Part shown: in pieces, positions 45,299 to 52,616 of the stretch
Layout of the letters: the number at the start of each line of letters is the position of its first letter
How positions within the stretch are numbered: the stretch's first letter is position 1
Source: a virus
IMG/VR virus record: IMGVR_UViG_3300012117_000001
Span: 1 to 54,976 of that record
Direction: 5' to 3' (one strand)
DNA length: 54,976 nucleotides
Program-made: the position numbers and the translations under genes
Notes under the pieces: generated by a model
What the model saw: only the letters and a program-made list of their open reading frames with translations
Told to the model about the DNA's origin: nothing
The model's database searches: none

Positions 45299-46207
45299 TT
45301 ATGCTTGCAGCAGTGCTTTAACGATCTCTACAGGAGTACGTTTTAACGACAAATCACTGGCGGTTACAATAGCTTTAGCTTCATCTTTAGTGATTTTACG
45401 CACGCTATGTAGTAGTGTATAAGCACCTTGACCACCGTTAAATTCACTATTGTATCCAATGAAATATGGTTGGTTGCTACGATCATCCCTGTGAAGCATC
45501 ATTGCATAACCTCTTTGGAAACCGTTGGTATCCACTGTTGCAACAAAGAAATCACCAGTTTTATAGCCTGCTAGTTCACATGGAGTAGGAGCGTATACTT
45601 CGAGGTCACTTAGGTTGACATAACCGAGAGTACCAGTGCTGATGACTTTAAAGCGTGGATTATGGGAATGGTCATCATGATCAAGCTTTACAATTTCACC
45701 ATCTTTGATATTTAAACCAGCATCATGTGAGCGTTTCACACGAAATACAGTTTCACTGTTCCAGCCTTTTGCTCCAAATGGTGTGCCAGATGCTTTATCA
45801 ATGTCGTCCTGGGTAGCTGGGCGTACATCAGCAAGCCCTGCAGCAAAAACTCGGCCTTGTGAATCTTCAAAATATGGAATGTGGGATGCATCATCCCGGC
45901 ATAAGGTTACAACTGTACCTGAGCGACTACCTGTCAGGCAGACAAACTTGTCGCCAACTTTGTAACCAAGACGAGTTGCAGGTGTGTTAGGCATTGTTAC
46001 CGGTTGTGGAACGAGCTTAATTTCCTCCAAATTAAGGTACAACTCTTTCCCAGTACGCACATTTCGATATTTACAGCAAAGTGAACCATCGTCGTGGATT
46101 AACTCGCAAATAACACCGTTTTGAAAATCAGTACCATTATTGCAGTCTGCATTGGTAATAATAACATGACAGCCGATAGTGAAACCACGGTCAGATAAAC
46201 GTGACAT
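45299..46207 (-). CDS. Repeat-domain protein, paralogue B (four modules)
   Basis: 302 aa with the same module core (ELIHDDGSLCCKY, VTLCRDDASHIPYF, VKLDHDDHSHNPRF, MMLHRDDRSNQPYF). It shares near-identical DNA blocks with paralogue A. Confidence 0.7.
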   Translation of the reverse strand: MSRLSDRGFTIGCHVIITNADCNNGTDFQNGVICELIHDDGSLCCKYRNVRTGKELYLNLEEIKLVPQPVTMPNTPATRLGYKVGDKFVCLTGSRSGTVVTLCRDDASHIPYFEDSQGRVFAAGLADVRPATQDDIDKASGTPFGAKGWNSETVFRVKRSHDAGLNIKDGEIVKLDHDDHSHNPRFKVISTGTLGYVNLSDLEVYAPTPCELAGYKTGDFFVATVDTNGFQRGYAMMLHRDDRSNQPYFIGYNSEFNGGQGAYTLLHSVRKITKDEAKAIVTASDLSLKRTPVEIVKALLQA

Positions 46208-46339
46208 TTATATACTTCTCCAATTAATAGTTTTAAATTAAATTCTTAATTTATTCGATTGATAAAATGAATACGAAAATGGGCACTTATTCATTTTTAG
46301 ATAAATGCCCATGACTTATTTATTTTGTTATTCCAAACC

Positions 46340-46348
46340 CAACTAATG
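46340..46348 (-). promoter_or_regulatory. Candidate phage-RNAP promoter
   Basis: CATTAGTTG-GGTTTGG lies 133 nt upstream of ATG 46207. Confidence 0.5.
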
Positions 46349-46369
46349 CTAACTAGTTGACATAACTTA

Positions 46370-46615
46370 TCAGCGACTCTTTGTATAATGCTTGAGGTTA
46401 TCAAAGATGGATTTTGGGAAGATCTGATATGCTATTCTGCGATTCAACAGTATGGCATTTAATAATTTGGTGCCAGCTTGAGTGTTCTCAATTTCAATAG
46501 TGAACACCCCTGTCCTATACTGCTTCCATTTCAATTTACAGCCTGATGCAGATTTGAAGGTATCAATTGCCTCCATTACTACATTCTTGTTGCAACCTTG
46601 AATCACATAAATCAT
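46370..46615 (-). CDS. Hypothetical protein
   Basis: Start set to ATG 46615, with GAGG 6 nt upstream; the listed start 46654 is GTG. 81 aa. Confidence 0.5.
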   Translation of the reverse strand: MIYVIQGCNKNVVMEAIDTFKSASGCKLKWKQYRTGVFTIEIENTQAGTKLLNAILLNRRIAYQIFPKSIFDNLKHYTKSR

Positions 46616-46691
46616 GCAGAACCTCTGCCGAACACCTTGTGTTGGTACAACCACTGTAGATAAAGCATAGCATCACTCCATTCTTTAGCAC

Positions 46692-46877
46692 TCATATCAA
46701 CTCCAATTGACGCTCAGTATAAATAACTTCAACAACTTCACGAGTGACTCTGTAACCTCCCAGGCCACAGAGACTTAAACAATCACTAATCTCAAAGTTT
46801 GCATCAAAACAATCATTGATTAACTTTGTTATGTGTTGTGCTACTGCCACACTTGTTTCTCTAAATAATAAACACAC
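46692..46877 (-). CDS. Hypothetical small protein
   Basis: 61 codons from GTG, with no clear SD. Weakly supported. Confidence 0.35.
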   Translation of the reverse strand: MCLLFRETSVAVAQHITKLINDCFDANFEISDCLSLCGLGGYRVTREVVEVIYTERQLELI

Positions 46878-46923
46878 TAATACCCACTATCCCTTTAGTA
46901 GGCATTATGTGTTCACTCGCAAT

Positions 46924-46932
46924 CAATTAATG
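46924..46932 (-). promoter_or_regulatory. Variant motif copy
   Basis: CATTAATTG-ATTGCGAGTG is the same variant as at 33758. It overlaps the stop of 46927..47172 and lies 47 nt upstream of 46877. Confidence 0.3.
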
Positions 46933-47172
46933 GTAGAGACAAATCATCTCATCTATAAACGACTTAATTCCAGAATTGGTTACAGGGAATTCTAAACTTC
47001 TCACTGTAGAGCCATATTGGATTTTGTAAGTAGTCGGATAAAACATTATTGTCCCAACAGGTGATGGGATTGCAATAGTGTTGTTACTGTTTACTACATG
47101 CGGGATTGTTCCCAACAATGCAACAGCCTCAACTACTTGAGCGCGTTTAATTTCAGCTTTCTGCTTACTCAT
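46927..47172 (-). CDS. Hypothetical protein
   Basis: 81 aa with AGAGG 6 nt before the ATG. Confidence 0.6.
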   Translation of the reverse strand: MSKQKAEIKRAQVVEAVALLGTIPHVVNSNNTIAIPSPVGTIMFYPTTYKIQYGSTVRSLEFPVTNSGIKSFIDEMICLYH

Positions 47173-47181
47173 TGTTAGCCT

Positions 47182-47460
47182 CTAATCTAATTCTTCATCA
47201 CAATACGTACCCCACTCAAGATTTAACTCTTCAACAGTAGATACAAATTTGCGAATTTCTTTACTGATTTGTTTACGAGTCGGTTTGCATTGAAAATAAA
47301 TCTCTTGCCAATAATTATTTTTAGCAAGGCACAAGTAGAATCTCTTTAGTTCTAACCGTTCCCGAACGTTAATGATTTCTTTGATAGCGGACAGAGCTTC
47401 AGCACTGTGATATCCAGTATGCACAGTGAATACTTCATCATCTTGAAATTTATTCTGCAT
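47182..47460 (-). CDS. Small protein, tandem paralogue 2 (CKPTRKQI motif)
   Basis: Start set to ATG 47460, giving 92 aa. It shares the block FQCKPTRKQI with the upstream gene. Confidence 0.55.
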   Translation of the reverse strand: MQNKFQDDEVFTVHTGYHSAEALSAIKEIINVRERLELKRFYLCLAKNNYWQEIYFQCKPTRKQISKEIRKFVSTVEELNLEWGTYCDEELD

Positions 47461-47722
47461 ATCGCCCTTCCCAATATTCATCCCAGCATTCACGGATTTG
47501 TTTACGAGTGGGCTTGCACTGAAAACGGAAGCAACAATCATAGATTGGATTCATACATACAATAGAAACAGTGAATCTATTCTCTGATCTATCTCTTACC
47601 CAAAGACTCTTAGATTTATCATCCCAATTAGCAACAAAATTTGCTGCCTTTTCAATTACCGCTTGATTTGTGAAGTACACATTGATACTTACTTCTTCGT
47701 TATAATTCTTTATGCCCAGCAT
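47450..47722 (-). CDS. Small protein, tandem paralogue 1 (CKPTRKQI motif)
   Basis: 90 aa with GAGGGAG 7 nt before the ATG. Confidence 0.6.
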   Translation of the reverse strand: MLGIKNYNEEVSINVYFTNQAVIEKAANFVANWDDKSKSLWVRDRSENRFTVSIVCMNPIYDCCFRFQCKPTRKQIRECWDEYWEGRYAE

Positions 47723-47888
47723 TATTAATCTCCCTCAAGTACGCAATCGCAACTTCGCGAGGATTGATGGCTCTGATGAATTGCGAAAAGTAGCTGATAG
47801 TCATAGAAAGTCCCATTGAAGAAAATGTCTCAGCATCTGTACTAATTTCATTAGCAAATGCATCAACCCTGTCTCTGTTAATTTCCAT
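47700..47888 (-). CDS. First early-block protein
   Basis: ATG 47888 has GGAG 5 nt upstream, giving 62 aa. It is the first ORF after the coding desert. Confidence 0.6.
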   Translation of the reverse strand: MEINRDRVDAFANEISTDAETFSSMGLSMTISYFSQFIRAINPREVAIAYLREINNAGHKEL

Positions 47889-47941
47889 CACTTCTCCATA
47901 ATTAATGTGACAGTATAAGTGGCATTACTTCTCCTCACTTA

Positions 47942-47950
47942 CAACTAATG
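47942..47950 (-). promoter_or_regulatory. Candidate phage-RNAP promoter (early block)
   Basis: CATTAGTTG-TAAGTGAGG lies 54 nt upstream of ATG 47888. Confidence 0.55.
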
Positions 47951-48225
47951 CCGCAAACTTGATGCAATTTCACTACAATAGGACATGCCATACATAGATA
48001 AGTAGTCGTTCAAGATATCGACATTACTACTACCGATTGCACAATACATGTAGATGCAAGGTCATTATTTATTAATAAATGACCGACAATCTCAATTTGG
48101 TATCAAGGATGAGTTACCACATTCAACAAGAATGACATGCCAGATTCGTAACAAATTTAATATTCGTACCGGCACAAAAAGACTAACAGATGAGTGGTAA
48201 AATCAACCCATAACAAAGGTATTAA

Positions 48226-48799
48226 TTCCAATATCTGTGACAACGAATGAAAAGGTTGCTGCAAGTCTACATGCACTACTGACACAGAACTGCGCCAATA
48301 TTTACATGCCAAAATGCAGCAGATTCTCATGCAGAGACTGTGGCTAATTTACATGCACATTTGTAACAGTATTAACATGCGATACTGTTACAGATATACA
48401 TGCGATAATCGTTCACGTATTAACATGCACAATTAGTGAAATATCTGTATCAATTCTAAAATGGTAAACAAAACGATTTATGTAATAATATACCAATTCA
48501 ACGGTGTCTGATTTGCTATCACTTTCCTTCAATTTCGTACATTTTCCAAATCTCCCTCACCTACTGACTGTTCTTGTTATTGCAATAGCTACCAATATTG
48601 TGGAACAAGGGTATCTCACCTTACCACTAGTAGACGCACACTAACTCACAGAACTCCTTGTAAGAATATTGGGAGAATCAGAGACCTACTCCTGCAACAG
48701 TACGACATGCAATTCGCAACAATGCTCGTATCAATCTTGTTATAGATTGAGGACAATGGGTAGCAAACTGACATGCCTATACTGTTACAGATATTGGAA
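48226..48799. repeat. Repeat/operator-like array (ACATGC iterons, palindromes, 13-bp flanking inverted repeat)
   Basis: - ACATGC at 48269, 48304, 48351, 48375, 48398, 48423, 48705 and 48771, plus 47983 and 48135 outside this span.
- An 11-bp inverted repeat, TGTAACAGTAT (48362) / ATACTGTTACA (48382).
- Flanking arms TTCCAATATCTGT (48226) / ACAGATATTGGAA (48787).
- CCAATAT five times. Confidence 0.8.
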
Positions 48800-49120
48800 C
48801 TCAGAGGATTTATTAATTAATAATAAAATCCTCAGTTCCTGATTTGGTCACATGATTAACTCACTGATGCGAAGAGATTAACCACAAGTTAGTTACTATG
48901 TTCACAGCGCTATGAACAGGGAGTTCCAACTTATAGACTTTCTCTCACATCAATGTTCTCCAATCTTGTACAAACGCCTTCGTACATATGCCGGAATACT
49001 CGCGACGACACTCGGAACAAGTCTGGATTGCGTTAGCCAGGACTTATCTCAGTGGTTGGAAATCAGTAATCATGTGACCACTTTCTTTACTGCTTTGGTA
49101 AACATAGACGCTTCAAGATT

Positions 49121-49232
49121 ACACTATGGTTGGTGCCTATCTCGAAAGTCGGATGATTGCCCTTTCTCACTACCAACTAATGGCAATATTGAATTCATAC
49201 TTACAATAGAAACTACACTATGGTTGGTGCCT
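49121..49232. repeat. 18-bp direct repeat in the leaders of the tandem motif copies
   Basis: ACACTATGGTTGGTGCCT occurs at 49121-49138 and again at 49215-49232. Each copy lies just downstream (minus sense) of a CATTAGTTG copy. Confidence 0.85.
49174..49182 (-). promoter_or_regulatory. Candidate phage-RNAP promoter (tandem copy 2)
   Basis: CATTAGTTG-GTAGTGAG lies 70 nt from the copy at 49244 and fires into the ORF-free tract. Confidence 0.5.
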
Positions 49233-49243
49233 GTTTCCATACC

Positions 49244-49252
49244 CAACTAATG
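49244..49252 (-). promoter_or_regulatory. Candidate phage-RNAP promoter (tandem copy 1)
   Basis: CATTAGTTG-GGTATGG, located in the coding desert downstream of the RNAP gene. Confidence 0.5.
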
Positions 49253-49515
49253 CTGAGTGGTCAACAATGCTGAAGATGTCGAACACCACCGTCAACTAGT
49301 GTTAAAGCAGGTTGCAAGTCGTGATGCCATCTCGGGCTAACCCAAGTTGAGTGTTTGCTAGATGGTTAGGTGTGGATGCCCTATCAACAGCGTAGCACCA
49401 AGACTCCGGGCATATGTCGTGTTACTAAGGTTGCCTTATGGTTGAGGTCTACCTATGCAACTGTAATAGAAGCCACCTTGCTCAGATGACTTCGATAGAG
49501 TTACTCAGGTTTATG

Positions 49516-49559
49516 CACAGAAGAAATATGAATGTTCAGAGAAAATCATCTCTTCTGTG
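49516..49559. terminator. Hairpin just past the RNAP stop codon
   Basis: CACAGAAGA (49516-49524) pairs with TCTTCTGTG (49551-49559), with an inner ATGA/TCAT pair. A T-rich run follows only on the plus strand (ATTGTTTGTTCTTG). Confidence 0.4.
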
Positions 49560-49579
49560 ATTGTTTGTTCTTGATGGAA

Positions 49580-51463
49580 TTAAATACCACCAAGTTGTTT
49601 TGCTAAGTGCGTAAGGGGGTTGTTATCGATGAAGATCTCTTTATACGCTTCTGCAATCACATTGTGCAGTTTAGGTGCATCAGCAAGACAAACACGGAAA
49701 CAGTCATGGATGGATGTGTACCCACGTAAGCCAGCTTGTTTAGCCTTCTTGGCAACAGTACGCGCAATCAATGCATCAATACCCTGCACGAAGTGGACAA
49801 CAAAGGTACGTACAAATTCTTCTGCGGATGGCTCCCGAGCTTGTGTCGTCCATGGTGTCTTCTCTTTAACATTACCAAAGTTAACCAATGTGTCAGCACC
49901 AACCCGAATCGAGAATGCATCACAGATGATGATATCTTTCTCGAAGCAAGGCTTCACAACTTTCAAATTATCAATGTGAGTGTATGACAGGTACGCCTTA
50001 CTGGTATCCATCAACTTGTTGCTTACAGCTAATTGTAATGCCTCAATCAGTTTGTTAATGCGTTCACCTAAGGTGATTTTCACTGCGTTTAGGGTCAATT
50101 CAACGAATGCTGCCATATCCTGGGTGCCTAGCCCTGTGCTATCTAATGCACTGATAAAATCTTTGTTAGTTAATAAAGCAGCTTTACCTCCACCGTACTG
50201 AACAGACATGTAAGGACGTTTAGCAAAGTTACGAGTTAGGATTGATTCATCAACCTTCGCTCCCAGTGGGTTTACTTTGAGCAGTTTCTTGATGTTCTTA
50301 AGGCACAACATGTAAGGGTCATCAGATGTGCCAGCAGTTGTGCGAAAACCTGTTGCTTCTACTAGTTCATGTGAGCCGGCAAGTATTGCAAGTATCTGTG
50401 TACCTGAACATTTAGCATCCTCACCATACCCAAGACGGGAATCACATTTGCCTGTAGTTTCAAACTGCAACCAGTCATATGCCATACGAACATATGTCAG
50501 AGGCTTTGATGGAATTGATTTACCATCAATCTCACGCTGTAAGATCTTCTCAATTGCTTCATCAGGTTTGTTTCCTGCAAATGCCAGATATGCTGGACTC
50601 ATCCACTCATCACTACCCGCCACATCCCTTAGTTCAGTAATGAAGATATCGTAAGCATCACTACCTTTATCAACCCAATTTTCAACATTGTGAGAGTAGT
50701 AAGCTCGAGCCATATCCCCAGATTGAGGATTCGGGCCAAAGCAGGCTTCGTGGTACAAGCGACCTCTTGCATCACCTGATTGTTCAGAGAAAAGCTCTTC
50801 CTCATTCATGACTAACTCAGAGCCTTTATGCACATACATCTCAGCATCCAGACGTGGGTACAACTTGGCGTTTATATTCGTCATATTTGAACGCTTCCAT
50901 GACTCAATCACTCCATATACCGCTTGTCCCATGCGCGACTCAACATGGTAAGACGTATCAGATAGGAACTGAGCAGCTTCCTTGAACAGCTTTGATGCTG
51001 GAACTTTATTACCTTTGATGAATGGAACGCGGCGTGTCTCATCTGTGATGCGCTCGGATAATGGAAGAAGTGCATGAGAAGTCTGTGTCAAGTGTACCCA
51101 CTTACTGGTGAGGCTTAACTGGTCTTCATCATTGCTTACCCAACGCATAGATACAGCAATATCAACCATCTCTTCAGGAGTATTGGTGAGATACATAACC
51201 TTCTTATCTCTGTTACGGGTATGAACTAATTCAATAGCCTGTCCCATATACTCAACCATCTGAGCATACCCAACCTTGCATTCAACATCTGGTAAGTAAT
51301 TAAGTGCTGTGTAGATGGCAAATGCAGCAAAGCCTAATTGTTCATTGGCTTGGAAACCACACTCTTTATGATGCAAAGAAACACCAATAGCAGGTAATAC
51401 ACAATCCAGTGCAGCTTTACGAGCAAATGAAATAGCATCAGAATGGGTGAAAGCATTAGACAT
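49580..51463 (-). CDS. T7-family single-subunit RNA polymerase, compact form
   Basis: 627 aa, with GGAG 7 nt before the ATG.
- DARGRLY at aa 231 (T7: DWRGRVY at 421)
- Motif A: YGEDAKCSGTQILA, with D349
- Motif B: FAKRPYMSVQYGG, with K415 and Y423 spaced as T7 K631/Y639
- Motif C: TSIHDCF, with H586 and D587. Confidence 0.85.
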   Translation of the reverse strand: MSNAFTHSDAISFARKAALDCVLPAIGVSLHHKECGFQANEQLGFAAFAIYTALNYLPDVECKVGYAQMVEYMGQAIELVHTRNRDKKVMYLTNTPEEMVDIAVSMRWVSNDEDQLSLTSKWVHLTQTSHALLPLSERITDETRRVPFIKGNKVPASKLFKEAAQFLSDTSYHVESRMGQAVYGVIESWKRSNMTNINAKLYPRLDAEMYVHKGSELVMNEEELFSEQSGDARGRLYHEACFGPNPQSGDMARAYYSHNVENWVDKGSDAYDIFITELRDVAGSDEWMSPAYLAFAGNKPDEAIEKILQREIDGKSIPSKPLTYVRMAYDWLQFETTGKCDSRLGYGEDAKCSGTQILAILAGSHELVEATGFRTTAGTSDDPYMLCLKNIKKLLKVNPLGAKVDESILTRNFAKRPYMSVQYGGGKAALLTNKDFISALDSTGLGTQDMAAFVELTLNAVKITLGERINKLIEALQLAVSNKLMDTSKAYLSYTHIDNLKVVKPCFEKDIIICDAFSIRVGADTLVNFGNVKEKTPWTTQAREPSAEEFVRTFVVHFVQGIDALIARTVAKKAKQAGLRGYTSIHDCFRVCLADAPKLHNVIAEAYKEIFIDNNPLTHLAKQLGGI

Positions 51464-51639
51464 GATAAATCTCCAAGTTATTAGATGTTTTGAGTTAAAT
51501 AGCAGTAGGAAGAATTTAGGTAACGGGTCCTACTTTTCTTCTTACCTTCATTCCGACTCTCACACCTCCTAACCAAAAAATTTTTATAAATGTCACACGC
51601 ATAAGCTTAACCTCAATAAAGATATCCAGTATTCGTAAC

Positions 51640-51648
51640 CAACTAATG
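51640..51648 (-). promoter_or_regulatory. Candidate phage-RNAP promoter upstream of the RNAP gene
   Basis: CATTAGTTG-GTTACG lies 177 nt upstream of ATG 51463. Confidence 0.5.
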
Positions 51649-51924
51649 CTTAAAGGTATTCTTCAAACTGGACGTAATTATTACCTCTTAAGAATTAATA
51701 ATTAAGTTTGTGTAGTGTGTAATTTTATTCACTATAAATAATTGAAGAGATAATTCTATTTTGGCATTAGCAATGGTAGAAATTGACATATATTAAATTA
51801 ATTTTAATTTATAAAATAAAATTATGAAATATTGATCTGGCGCACTTGACACGCTAATTTTTTGAGATAAGATATTTATTATCTAGTGGCTGAAAAATAT
51901 TTAAGCAGTTAGTTAACGGGAACC

Positions 51925-51933
51925 CAACTAATG
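51925..51933 (-). promoter_or_regulatory. Candidate phage-RNAP promoter (distal, after the lysis cassette)
   Basis: CATTAGTTG-GGTTCCC lies 38 nt downstream (minus sense) of the endolysin stop. Confidence 0.45.
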
Positions 51934-51970
51934 TTAAAATTAAATAACAACATTAATAACAAACTGATAA

Positions 51971-52603
51971 CTAAGCTTGTAGGCTACTAGTGTCATCATT
52001 CAATATATAAAATAAATGATTCCCATACCTCTCAACAAATATAAACTCTTTACTTAGTACCCAATGTGGCTTTGACTTTACTCCAGCTGGTGCGTAATAG
52101 GATGTTGCCGGAGTATTCAATCTTCCATGAAATACCACTACATAAAAAGCAACCCAAATACTCCCCTTCAACTCTTTATCATCAATCTTTTTATGAGAAG
52201 ACATCACTGATTTGTAATGAGCAATTAACTTCTTATTATCCGTCCAAGAGAATTGGTGTGGTTGGTAAATGACATTACAAATTTTGGATGGATAATTTTT
52301 GTTATGAACACGATTTATAACGACGCTTGCAACCTTTAGCTTACCTGAGATATCCTCCCCTCTTGATTCCATGTACACATTCCTAAGCATACATTTAAAA
52401 GGAAGCATCCTATTATGTGGTAGTGATAACCTGCCCATTGAGTACATATTTGTTGCGTAGTTAGATAATAGCTTTATGCTTTCATTCTTTATGTAATCAA
52501 ATTGTGGAGAAACTCTGATAGGTATAATAACTTCTCCATGCACTCCAATTACGATAAACAATGAAAGCACAATACCCAGCATTGCCTGTAGTTTGTGCTT
52601 CAT
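51971..52603 (-). CDS. Endolysin, SleB-type cell wall hydrolase with N-terminal membrane/signal anchor
   Basis: 210 aa. The core CMLRNVYMESRGEDISGKLKVASVVINRVHNKNYPSKICNVIYQPHQFSW matches the SleB/Hydrolase_2 pattern. The N-terminal LGIVLSLFIVIGV helix suggests a SAR-type endolysin. Confidence 0.75.
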   Translation of the reverse strand: MKHKLQAMLGIVLSLFIVIGVHGEVIIPIRVSPQFDYIKNESIKLLSNYATNMYSMGRLSLPHNRMLPFKCMLRNVYMESRGEDISGKLKVASVVINRVHNKNYPSKICNVIYQPHQFSWTDNKKLIAHYKSVMSSHKKIDDKELKGSIWVAFYVVVFHGRLNTPATSYYAPAGVKSKPHWVLSKEFIFVERYGNHLFYILNDDTSSLQA

Positions 52604-52616
52604 AATTATTGCCTGA

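Noticed and set aside
48269-48428. ACATGC cluster as a CRISPR-like array
   Set aside because: The repeat units are only 6-9 nt, spacings are irregular (23-47 nt), and no 20-40-nt repeats alternate with unique spacers. It is an iteron/operator-type array, not CRISPR.
48912-49250. 112-aa plus-strand ORF in the coding desert
   Set aside because: It has no SD before the ATG and is on the strand opposite to almost all genes. It overlaps both tandem motif copies and the 18-bp direct repeats, and its composition is unremarkable. Most likely a chance ORF in regulatory DNA.
51846-51873. Near-consensus sigma70-like promoter on the plus strand (TTGACA-16-TAAGAT) pointing antisense into the endolysin gene
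   Set aside because: It lies in a ~75 percent AT tract where such hexamers arise by chance, and no plus-strand gene follows it. An antisense regulator of lysis genes remains possible, but the sequence alone does not support it.
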